From: Octopus bimaculoides
Taxonomy: Eukaryota
DNA: 64,000 nucleotides
NCBI RefSeq assembly: GCF_001194135.2
Contig: NC_068988.1
Span: 2,151,661 to 2,215,660, forward strand
Direction of reading: 5' to 3'
Position 1 is the stretch's first letter, and each line of letters begins with the position of its first letter. Shown here piece after piece: positions 51,816 to 64,000 of this stretch. The notes beneath the pieces were generated by a model. It was not told where the DNA came from. It did no database searches and saw nothing but the letters and a program-made list of their open reading frames with translations. The position numbers were made by a program, and so were the translations under genes.

Positions 51816-53213
51816 ACAGTGAGAGAGAGAGATAGGTAGATACGTAGATATACATATATATGCAATATACATACATTATACAGATATATATGTACATACA
51901 CACACACACTCACACACACACACACACACACACACATACATACATACATATATTCAAAAATATATATTTATGTATGTATGCACATAATATACATACATTA
52001 CACACACGTGTATGCACCCATGAATATGTATGTGTCTGTGTATACGTGAAATGTACTTATGTTACTGCTGGTCACCTCAACTGGGAGTCATTGACCATAC
52101 ATCTTTACTTTGAAGCACTTCATTTACTCTAATATTGTCCAGTCAGTTGTTAAACTTGCGATATAATGTTTCTAATATATTCCAGCATCCATCCCCAGGG
52201 CTACTTTAAGATGAAGTAGACTATTTTGTCAACAAAATAAAGAAATATAAAAATGGGAAGATGAAAATAATGAAAAAGGAAACCTCAACAAACTTGTCTT
52301 CAAATATGTTACATTCTGTTGGTAAGAGACATACAGACAGGGAAAGAGAGAGGGATAGAGAGAGAGAGAGAGAGAGAGAGGGTGGTGGTGGATGAGAAGG
52401 AAAGGGTAGGAGGGAGAAAAGAAGTGGGAGTGGGAGGGAGAAAGAGAAAAATGAAATATGGAAAGAAGAGGAAAAAATGTCAATAGATCTGTGGCTTGAA
52501 GGAAAATCTATTTGAAGACGGTGAAATGGACAGAAATATATAGAGAAGCTAATATAGTGAATGCATGCAAACCTAGTTCCTCTTAGCCTTTCATTTGCTT
52601 TTATCTGTGCCAAGATATGAGTATCTCTATATATAACATATAAGTGTTATGTTACGTGTGTGGACTTGCAGGTTTTTATCTCATCAAATATCTATAAACT
52701 TATAATTTTAACGCTTATTAATTTCAATGCATCCTTCAGCTTCGAATCTACACTTATTACCTTAACAAAGAACTCTATTACAACATTAATGAATAATTCC
52801 ATCACCACTTTAACAAACAACTGAAGGATCTTATTCTTTAATAATTCTGCTATTTCAGACTGTCTGCTGCTTCGTATATATTTCTATTAACCGTTTCTCA
52901 TAGAGATGAGAATCTATTATCAAATGAGAAAATTCTACTCTGACTTCTTTAATAAGCATCTCCTGAATAAAAGAATGGTAAAAATATTTGAATTCCCAAT
53001 TCGAATTCTTCCATTTTATTTCTTCACATCTTTGCTGATAATTTACATAATTAAAAGCAAAAGTCAGGCTAATAACGAGGAATAGTGTTTACATTTAATA
53101 TTGTACTTGACCCCCCCCCACACACACACATTGTATTATAACATATATATATATATATTCTATATATTGTATTATAACATATATATATATATATATTCTA
53201 TATATTGTATTAT

Positions 53214-53252
<39 letters not shown>

Positions 53253-53319
53253 NNNNNNNNNNNNNNNNNNNNNNNNNNNNNNNNNNNNNNNNNNNNNNNN
53301 NNNNNNNNNNNNNNNNNNN

Positions 53320-53396
<77 letters not shown>

Positions 53397-53845
53397 TTCC
53401 TCCTTTACTCTCTTGCTGTTTTAAAATATTTTTAGATATTTGCGGGCTTATAAAAATATATAAATGTCTATATGCTTGTATGTTATTAATACTTCTATTA
53501 AGTTGAGCTTTATGTCACTTTATTAATGTCGAAGAAAGTGCGCATATATATTGAATATTCTGCTGGATAATAGGTCATCATATTCCACTAGTTTTCTGCT
53601 CATATTGCCTCTACTCAAATTATAAATTGGAACTTAGCTCAATTTGAGCACTTCAATTCTAGCCTGTCTACGAGTATTGTTAATTAATAACAATATCTAT
53701 AAAATAATATAATTTATGCCGTATGTAAACAAACAAGTTTGTTTTTTGAAGCGCTGAAATGTATGGTAGAACAAGTAGAAAGATAAATTTTATATATATA
53801 TGTATATATGTATGCATATTACAGCATTTGGTCTTGGAAACAGAA

Positions 53846-55102
53846 TTAGGTTGTAGAGAAAGTCCTGTCCCATTTCTGAGGGGATCCCTTTCAAGGTACT
53901 TTTTCAATCCTTACAATAGAATAACATTAATCTTTTCATTCTACAGCTTTTGTTTTTTCTTTGTAGATTACTTTATGTCATAGCAGTTTAAATTCATATT
54001 GATTTTTACCCATTTAAAATGAATTATGGTCAGACCCTACCACCCCCTGCATGCTGCATTAGTTCAACAGGAATTCTTCAGTAATGGTATAAGCAAAAAA
54101 TATTCGTTCTGTCTTTGCAAATGAAATTTTAAATATCCAAAGATTTTGATGATGGCTTCATCAGTTATCCCAGGAAATTGTTCTCTCACATAATCAAGTT
54201 CAATCGATAATGAGCTTTTGAAAACGATAGCTGAGGAATATCTGAAACAAACTGCATGAGTTTTCACAAAACAGTTCAATTCAAGTCACACTTTGATCAT
54301 AGAATACCTACATGAATCAGGAAATCTAAACTTGATCAGTGAAGTCTTCTGAATCTGACCACTTCTCAGCTTAATGAAAAAGTTGCCCTTTGCTCATCAT
54401 TGAAGACTAAATCAACTTGCTACTGAATCATTCCTGAGTTGGATCTTCACAAGTAAAGAAAAGTGAGTTCTCTGTAATCCAGTACAAACAACAAGGATTA
54501 TCATTGAATGAAGAAGAAGAGTGCATCCTTAAACCAGGATACACCTTCTCTGTGTTTGGTGGAATATGAAGGGTATCATCTCTCATGAAGTGTTAAACCA
54601 AAATGAAACAGTTTATGTGGAGATGTATTATTGTCAACTAGAAGCGTTACACAAAAGCTTGCAGAAAAAGCATCCATCATTGGTTAATTGCAAAGGTGAG
54701 TTGTTCTTACATGATAATGTAAGACCACACGTTGTCCAAGTCATTCAGGAAATGATTATTCCACAAAATATGGAGGTTTTGCCTCATCCTCCTTATTCCT
54801 CTGACCTTTATCCTTCCGACTTTCATCTTTCAAATTGTTGCAACATTACTGAGAGGAAAAATAGTTTATTAACTGTAAAGAGTTTAAAAACGATATCAAG
54901 TGTTTCTTTGCTTTGAAACCTGAAGAATTATATGCTTGTGAAATCAACAGTTTGGTGAATATACGGAATCATGTTATCAATATAAAGGAGAAATATTATC
55001 TTCATTAAATATATAAATCTGTACAATATTAAGACCAAGAAGCATTTGTGTTTTTTTTTTTTCCTCATTTTGCAATGCTACAGGACTCTCTTTCCTACCT
55101 TA
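53846..55102 (+). mobile_element. Full-length decayed mariner element (~1.26 kb)
   Basis: Imperfect TIRs (17/22 match) at 53846 and 55081; transposase motifs HDNVRPH and PHPPYSSDLYPSDFHL. Confidence 0.85.
54200..55005 (+). pseudogene. Mariner DD34D transposase pseudogene
   Basis: Track ORF 54566-54916 holds catalytic-domain motifs; upstream HTH part has stops and frameshifts. Confidence 0.85.
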
Positions 55103-55669
55103 TACCCTATGTATACATTCAATTTTCTCTCTTGAATGAGTTTTCCAGAGAACTACATTGTGGCGGCAAGCTGATTCTTTGAAGATTTTTCAGTGGAAGG
55201 CAATGAAGATATCCTTAGGAAATATCTTTAACCAGGCCTTTTTTAAAAGGATATTGGAGTGTAATAAATGAAAAAATAAATGTTCTGTATGTAATAGCAC
55301 ATTTAATCCATACACAAATCCTTACTAGAAGTTTTTTACATGAATAAACAATTCAACCATCACAAAGGCATGTTTCCCATTTACTTTGTTTTGCAGTGTC
55401 TAGGAATGTGTGTTGCAATCCCTCCTTGTCACAAATGCATGGTAAACTGGTGAGAAAATGTATATGCATGATTAAAAGAACAATTTAAATCATGAAGTTA
55501 ACAACTTCCATGTTTGCCCTTGAATTTCTAAATAAGATTTTTCCTTGTACACGAGCTGCCAGGCTTGTGTTTTCTTATGGGAAAAGTCTTTTTTCTTAAC
55601 TTTAGTATTTGGACTGCAGGATTCTTAATGTGAACTCATGTGTTGAAACATATTTTCTTTCTTTGTGGG

Positions 55670-55957
55670 AAGGTCTTTATGCCAGTAATAAACATACACA
55701 TACACTGCTTCTATTTGCTTCTTTATTTTCACTTGTCAGTTGATTAACCATGTAACCAATTAACTAATCAATTGTTTGATTAAACGTTTGGTCAAGCAAT
55801 CAATCAGCTACATTTGTCATTTGTGACCTCATCAATGACACCAGCTGATTGATTGGTTGAATAATTAGTCAAGCAGTCCGTGAGTTAACCAATTGACAAG
55901 TAATAATAAAGTGAAATACAACCAGTGGGTGTGTTTATTATTGGCATAATGATCCTC
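55670..55957. mobile_element. MITE, same family as 33186-33527
   Basis: Shared end gtgtttattattggcataatga(c/t)cctc and internal ttaaccaattgacaa. Confidence 0.7.
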
Positions 55958-56517
55958 TCAATACACCTCCAAAAATGTTTCTTTTTCTTATTTTTAGGTT
56001 ATTTTCTAATATACCATTACTGCTAGTTTATAGTAATTTTAAACATATTTTGATTCTGTTTTACAGATGTTTTCATATGTTCGGCCTAATCTATTACATT
56101 AGCATTAATTTAAATCATGTAACAATACATTCTATGTGTGCTTTTCTAATTCTCAATAGATATAATGTATGACGTAATTGTTGCATTATATTGGTGTCTG
56201 TATGTTTGTATGGCTTCATCTATTTGTTTGTATGCTTCTTGTTGATTAGCTGTTCGCTTATTCTCTGCATGTCATTATGTAGCGCTTCAGTTGTGCAACA
56301 CAATCTTAATGGTCTTTCTTCTAAGTAGAGGCTTTACATCTGACATTTTGTATCACTCTCTACATTAGGTATAATATATATATATATAACTTTTATAAGT
56401 AATATTCTAAAAGAAATATTCTAAAAGAATATATAACTGAACTTATGTTGAGTGCTCAATTATCTTGAGCAAATAAATGAGTTTATGAATTTATTAATAA
56501 TATAAAAACACATATAT

Positions 56518-56603
<86 letters not shown>

Positions 56604-56631
56604 CTACACACATACATATTTATGCATAATC

Positions 56632-56725
56632 ATCATCATCATCATTTAATATCTGTTTTCCATGCTGGTTGGATGGTTTGACTGGAGCTGGAGAACTGCT
56701 TGGGCTCCAAATTGTCTATTTTTGG
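56632..56725 (-). mobile_element. Family C fragment
   Basis: (CAT)n followed by gttttccatgctggttggatggtttgactgg. Confidence 0.7.
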
Positions 56726-56904
56726 TTGTCAATCAGTGGCAAGGCAAATATCCAATTCTTGGTTGAGTAGGAGGGTGACACAGTGAGCATGGAAGCTTCA
56801 GACATGAACATGGGGGAAGCTGATGGCTGACATCATACATGACATTGCTGTCATTTGACATGAACAATGGTCACTGATAGTCTTCCTTGATCATGAGTGG
56901 ACAA

Positions 56905-57105
56905 CCATCTTCCTCTCGGTGGCACGTAAAAAGCACCTACTACACTCTCGGAGTGGATAGCGTTAGGAAGGGCATCCAGCTGTAGAAACCTTGCCAGATC
57001 AGATTGGAGCCTGGTGAAGCCTCCTGGCTTGCCAGTCCCCAGTCAAACTGTCTAACCCATGCAAGCATGGAAAATGGACGTTAAACGATGATGATGACGA
57101 TGATG
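56905..57105 (+). mobile_element. Family C copy
   Basis: ggtggcacgtaaaaagcacc...ggaaaatggacgttaaacgatgatg. Confidence 0.9.
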
Positions 57106-57839
57106 ATATATATATATATAAAGGAATACAAAAATGGGACAAGAAGGCAAATCCATGTATGGTTATAGCCTTAATAGTGTAAATATCCAGAGATAAACAT
57201 GAATGTATTAAAGTTTCATAAGAGAATGGTAGCAGAGGTATTAAGGGATAAAGAGAAAGAAAAATAAATAGAAAGAGAGGAAGCAGGAGATACCGAAAGT
57301 GGAGGAGTAAAGCAAGGATTGGTATGAAGGATACAATAAGGTATATAAAAATATAATGTACAAAATTAAGAATTTTAATAAATAAATATATAAGGGGAGA
57401 GGAGGAGGTAAAGGAAGACAGTGTAAAAAACTACAAAATAAAGTAAAATGAAAGGGATTCAAAGAGAGTAGTAAGTACCAGTGATATTCTATTAGTTTGT
57501 AGGGGTTGGGGAGGAAATCTAGTAGTAAATGTTTGTGTCCGTTTTATGGCTAAGGTCAGTGGCTGTAGAAATATTTTTTAGCAACCGGGGGTATGATTGT
57601 GTAGGTAGTCGTCGCTGGAGGAACCAGTTGAATGTTTAATTATTTAGGAATAAGAGGTACAGCTAAATATTAGGGGATTTAATAGGTTAAGGTTTAAAAG
57701 CACATTAAAGAATTAACAGTTATCAAGTAATGTACTAAGGTAGATAGAAGAGATGTACAAGTATTAACGGTCATGGGGGTATGTATGTGAGTGTTATGTG
57801 TGGAGGGTAAGTTTACATTAGGATTTATGGAAGATTTAA

Positions 57840-58089
57840 AAGTGCAGAGGAATTTGTGTTTACACATTGTGAAGGCTTCGTTGCATTTGTCAAACAATCG
57901 TGATGAGTTATGAGTTAAAATTTTGAGGGCTCCTTTTAGGCAAAGTCCACAAGTGGAGTGCTGACCCTGATATAAGATGCCAGAATCAAATATAACCCAA
58001 GATAATCTATAATGCATTTTTCTATTAATTAGATGGTGTGCATGGCTGGCTAGTGATGTGGAATTGCTATGCTCCTTATATTTAAACAT
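57840..58089 (-). pseudogene. Penelope-like element GIY-YIG endonuclease C-terminal remnant
   Basis: STSLASHAHHL...YRLSWVI...Y...CGLCL...LFDKCNEAFTMCKHKFL matches the PLE pattern TxLSxHIWxLK...IxWxI...CxLCLxEK...LNxRxE...CRHxxKF; upstream part lost in the N gap. Confidence 0.7.
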
Positions 58090-58982
58090 ACATACCTATA
58101 TATGTATGTATGTATATATATATANNNNNNNNNNNNNNNNNNNNNNNNNNNNNNNNNNNNNNNNNNNNNNNNNNNNNNNNNNNNNNNNNNNNNNNNNNNN
58201 NNNNNNNNNNNNNNNNNNNNNNNNNNNNNNNNNNNNNNNNNNNNNNNNNNNNNNNNNNNNNNNNNNNNNNNNNNNNNNNNNNNNNNNNNNNNNNNNNNNN
58301 NNNNNNNNNNNNNNNNNNNNNNNNNNNNNNNNNNNNNNNNNNNNNNNNNNNNNNNNNNNNNNNNNNNNNNNNNNNNNNNNNNNNNNNNNNNNNNNNNNNN
58401 NNNNNNNNNNNNNNNNNNNNNNNNNNNNNNNNNNNNNNNNNNNNNNNNNNNNNNNNNNNNNNNNNNNNNNNNNNNNNNNNNNNNNNNNNNNNNNNNNNNN
58501 NNNNNNNNNNNNNNNNNNNNNNNNNNNNNNNNNNNNNNNNNNNNNNNNNNNNNNNNNNNNNNNNNNNNNNNNNNNNNNNNNNNNNNNNNNNNNNNNNNNN
58601 NNNNNNNNNNNNNNNNNNNNNNNNNNNNNNNNNNNNNNNNNNNNNNNNNNNNNNNNNNNNNNNNNNNNNNNNNNNNNNNNNNNNNNNNNNNNNNNNNNNN
58701 NNNNNNNNNNNNNNNNNNNNNNNNNNNNNNNNNNNNNNNNNNNNNNNNNNNNNNNNNNNNNNNNNNNNNNNNNNNNNNNNNNNNNNNNNNNNNNNNNNNN
58801 NNNNNNNNNNNNNNNNNNNNNNNNNNNNNNNNNNNNNNNNNNNNNNNNNNNNNNNNNNNNNNNNNNNNNNNNNNNNNNNNNNCAAAATCCAAATTACAGG
58901 TAAAAACTCAATTAAAATTAATTTATAAAAAATTAAAATTAAATTGAGCTTTATAGATAAAATATATATAAAATATATACTT

Positions 58983-59278
58983 TTAGGGAAAATAACCAAG
59001 TTTCAAGAACTCATCGATGAAAATCCACTATCACATATAGAAAAATTAATATTTAAAAGCACAATAAATGAGTATAATATAAAGTAAAGTAAATATAATA
59101 TAATAAATATAATAATAATATAATAAATATACTAAATATTATATTATATTATATTTATCTTATGATATTTACTTTACTTTATATTATACTCATTTATTGT
59201 GCTTTTAAATATTAATTTTTCTATATGTGATAGTGGATTTTCATCGATGAGTTCTTGAAACTTGGTTATTTTCCCTAA
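58983..59278. repeat. Perfect 114 bp inverted repeat with 68 nt AT-rich spacer
   Basis: Arms 58983-59096 and 59165-59278, checked base by base. Confidence 0.95.
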
Positions 59279-60734
59279 GTATGTATATATTATATGTATC
59301 CATAAATTCGAAATGATCAACCAGAATATGTAAAATAAACCCACATATCTAATATATTGTGCATTCAGTATTGAATACTCAAAAATGGGGATATTTTCTA
59401 TTCATAGATAATTTTCAGAGGTTTAGATAAGCGAGTTTGAATTTGATCTCTATTCCTTCCTGTTTCCTCCCTCACACAAACAAATGCATACAAACATACA
59501 TACATGCATACTTGCGCATACATATAAACGTACAAACGTACATAGATACATATATACATACATACACACACACATACATAATTTTATTACAGAAGTCAGA
59601 GAAAATTCTCTTAAATAAGAATAAACTCAAGTGACAGGTTGTAAATGTTGGGGAAATTGATTGATGTTTTGAAATATTTTCAAAACATTTTTGTCATATT
59701 TGTACTTCCAAAGTTCAATTCTTATTTCTAATGATTTAGTAGCATTGTTGTGTCTCCTTTACTAATTAATGTCACAAAGACACAAGAAGAAGCTCAACAA
59801 ATGAAAAATATTATGAAAAATGGCAGAAAGATTTATAACCATTTCTCTCTCTCTTCTTTTCGTTATTTTATTTTTCTTGTTTGTAAATAATTTATCAGGT
59901 TTATTTTAACTAAAATAGTTTTGGACACAAAAGAATAATTAGAAATTAACAATTCAAACCGATGATTAAAAAAAAAAAAATGGCAAAAATATTGAAGTGA
60001 AAAGTCAACAATATAATGGAACTGTCCATTTAACCATGACGCTATTATGACATTTTGTTATGAATATCTTATGGAGAGTTAATATCAGGCACATATTTTA
60101 TGAAATGATGGGGGGAAAAAAAGAAGAATATAAGAAAAAAAGACTTGATCTTAACCATCAAGAATTTGCTTAAGGAAGAAAATGGTTATTCACATCTGAT
60201 TGAAAATAAGATGCATAAACATTAAAAACACCTGTTTAAGGTAGTTAGATATATCATAAATATCATTTAGTGCAACCATGATGGTGAAAATTTATACAAA
60301 GAAATTTGCTAGACAACAAATAAAAATGAAGCTAAAAATTAAACACTTCTAAATGGTCTAATAAAGAGAGAAGTTTTTATGGATGCTGATTGTTTTCATC
60401 ATTGAAGGTAGATAATGGTACTGGTGCAGCCATTGGGGGTAGCCGAATCAGAAGACAGCTGGGTAGAAGCTACTCTCCTTCATGTGTTCTTAATATTAAG
60501 ATTTGAATTTGGATCTGTAAGTTGACATATTGTTTCACAATTTTATGGAGATAATTTTACAAAACAGGAACTATGGAGAGGGTAGGCCACAGAGTAGAAT
60601 GTCTCAGAGAGGAATGGAAGACATCACTGGAAGCAAGAACTACAAAACAGTCTGCCATTCTGTTCACTGGAATTACCAACATGTTTGTCAGAGGTGACAT
60701 TGAATTGAAACCTGAAGCTACCAATAAGTGGTTC

Positions 60735-60845
60735 TGTATAACCTCCATGAAGGCATGTAGCTTAGTGGTTAGGGTATTCAGCTCACAATTGTAAGATTGT
60801 GAGTTCAATTCCCAGTGATGCATTGAGTCCTTGAGCAAGCTGTTC
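60735..60845 (+). mobile_element. tRNA-derived SINE head fragment
   Basis: tagcttagtggttagg (A box), gagttcaattccc (B box), then gtccttgagcaag. Confidence 0.6.
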
Positions 60846-60894
60846 CATTGTCCAGATCAATGGGAACCCTTGTCGTTCATCATCATCATCATAA

Positions 60895-61048
60895 TCCTCA
60901 TCGTTTAACATCTGCCTTCCATGCTAGCATGGGTTGGATGATTTGACTGAGGACTGGTGAAACCGGATGGCTACACCAGGCTCCAATCTGATTTAGCAGA
61001 GTTTCTACAGCTGGATGCCCTTCCTAACGCAAACCACTCCGAGAGTGT
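60895..61048 (-). mobile_element. Family C copy
   Basis: catcgtttaacatctgccttccatgctagcatgggttgg...ggatgcccttcctaacg. Confidence 0.85.
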
Positions 61049-61177
61049 TATAACTAACAAAGTACCTGTTTAATCATTAAGACAACATGTGTACCCTCTC
61101 TGGGAGATTCAGCGTGAGGGTTCAGTTGCATAAAGTTCTCACTTGAAATGGTACAATGAATTGTTAAATATCAATGT

Positions 61178-61334
61178 AGGTGCAGTGTGGCTGTGTGGTA
61201 AGAAGTTTGCATTCCAACCACTTAGCTTAGGGTTCAGTCCCACTGTGTGGTAATTTAGGCAAGTGTCTTCTGTTATAGTCTTAAGCTGACCAAAACGTTG
61301 TAAGTGGGTTTAGTAGATGAACTTAAGGAAACTC
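61178..61334 (+). mobile_element. SINE family A, 5' half
   Basis: Head + ggttcagtccc + taggcaagtgtcttc. Confidence 0.8.
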
Positions 61335-61423
61335 TTGTCTGTCTATCTATCTATCTATCTATCTATCTGTGTGTATGTATGCATATGAGTATATATATAT
61401 ATATATATACATACATATATACA

Positions 61424-61455
<32 letters not shown>

Positions 61456-61457
61456 CA

Positions 61458-61739
61458 CGGTAGTACCTTGGTTTTCAAACACCTCTGATCATGAATAAAT
61501 CGTGCTTTATATATATNNNNNNNNNNNNNNNNNNNNNNNNNNNNNNNNNNNNNNNNNNNNNNNNNNNNNNNNNNNNNNNNNNNNNNNNNNNNNNTAATTA
61601 TATTTATAAATATATATGAGCTTTTAAATAAGTTCTCCACCAATAATGGTGCTTTCATACCGATGGGCTTGGTAAAAATTGTTAATTGTTAATTGATTTA
61701 TTAATTAATAAATTGATAATCCTTTACCCTTTTAATTTG

Positions 61740-61779
<40 letters not shown>

Positions 61780-61824
61780 CGAGTTATTCGTGATCCAAGG
61801 CATTCGTAAACCGAGGTACAACTA
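61458..61824. mobile_element. Tigger-like MITE spanning an assembly gap
   Basis: ~47 bp imperfect TIRs gtaccttggttttcaaacacc...atgaataaatcgtg / cacgagttattcgtg...gtaaaccgaggtac. Confidence 0.7.
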
Positions 61825-62164
61825 TATTAATTGAATATGAAAAAGACAGGAGATAAAGCACGATTTATCTGTGATCAAAGTTGTTTGAAAACTGAGGTAC
61901 ACATATATATATATATACATGTGTGTGTGTGTGTTTTTTTGTCTCCTTGTTTTGATCTTGTTTGGTAAATTGTGAACGAGCGTCACCATCGCAAAAGTGG
62001 TGTCCTTCATTTCCAGTCTTCCACGGAAAACATGCCTGGTCATTGAAAGCTCTTACCTTACTTGGCAACAGGTGAGGGTTGGTGACAGGAAGATAAACTC
62101 ATTTAATCATTTGGTATAAGCATCGCGGAATTTGTAAAAAGGCTGGAAACTAACCTTTGAGTCA

Positions 62165-62990
<826 letters not shown>

Positions 62991-63623
62991 TGATTAGTTC
63001 CTAAATATTAATTACCATTTGATAGAGAATGGTTTTGCTTATTTGGACTCGGCGTTCACTTTTGTTGTTGACTGAAACAAACGTTTCTCATAAAAACCTA
63101 TTTGCTAAATTTGATAACCAATTTGTGGCAGGTCAACTATTTATTGCAGGCATTTGAATGTCTTCAAGTAGAGAATTTCTGATTGAACACATGACTTACA
63201 TTCTAAGGTAGATTTCCCTTTTGGTTGATGACTGCGGATGGGCTGATTAAAGTTATGAGATAATAACAGAGGCAAGCAAACCCTCGTGCCTTGCTCATTG
63301 CTGTAAATCATACCCACATTTCACATGCATCTATGCACAAATGATAGCTGTGCAGCTATGCTACAAGGAGCAATCCGTTAAATGGAATGTATACTAATGA
63401 TGCTTATCACCATGCAAAACTGTATTAAGCATGAAATGAGCAGAATCAATTTCAGCCATTTAATCTATTTGTATTGTATTTCTAGAAGAATTTCTGCAAG
63501 ATATTGGAATTATTGGACTATCTCATCTCTTCCATATATCTGTCATATTTGTGCATACAAAAATTACGACACGTACACATATGAATATGTATATATGTGT
63601 GTGTGTGTGTGTGTGTATATATG

Positions 63624-63659
<36 letters not shown>

Positions 63660-64000
63660 TACATATGTACATACACACATGCACTTATACACAAATGTGT
63701 GTGTGTGTATACATATTTATTACTATCCGCAGTTCTGTAATTCTGGTTGTGTGCGATATTAATGTGAATTTGAAAATATATGTTTAAAAATATAAAATGC
63801 ATAAATAAATACAAGTTGTTTAGATATATTTTAATATTTGCATTTAGTTGCTATATATGTAATAATTTAGAAGCAACAGATAAACAGGAAAATGAAGATT
63901 TTATTAAAAACTATATGGAATTGGTAAAAACAGAAAAAAGAATATCAAATAAAGAATTGGGAATGGCTAGTTTGGAAAAATTATGTAGAAACCATTTCCG

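Noticed and set aside
59236-59275. cgatgag..gaaac as an active hammerhead
   Set aside because: The core is TCGATGA rather than CTGANGA, and stems I and II cannot form.
60560-60740. ORF 60573-60794 as an exon
   Set aside because: Weak splice sites; it may be a decayed RTE fragment, and neither reading can be supported.

Overview
AT-rich, repeat-saturated animal non-coding DNA with several N gaps. The repeat families suggest an octopus or other cephalopod (inference). No host protein-coding exon can be supported; almost all long ORFs in the track are microsatellite translations. The window is a mosaic of: three abundant SINE or SINE-like families (A: tRNA head plus CORE-like domain with an internal microsatellite; B: tRNA-like head with (ATT)n tails; C: RTE-type 3' tail ending in (GAT)n); decayed LINEs (CR1/L2, RTE, RTE-BovB-like, and R4/Dong-like RLE elements sitting in (TAA)n); a full-length dead mariner; a Tc1/maT-like remnant; and several MITEs. 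The most notable signal is a set of Penelope-type minimal hammerhead ribozymes. Two copies of a tRNA-promoter SINE carry a type I hammerhead in their 3' part (22.1-22.4 kb, 38.6-38.9 kb). A third hammerhead lies inside an inverted repeat that starts at its predicted cleavage site (28.8-29.0 kb). There is also a half-hammerhead palindrome (28.6-28.8 kb) and a Penelope-like GIY-YIG endonuclease remnant (57.8-58.1 kb). Together these suggest a Pol III-driven, ribozyme-processed non-autonomous retroelement mobilised by Penelope-like elements. Coordinates were counted by eye and SINE boundaries are approximate.
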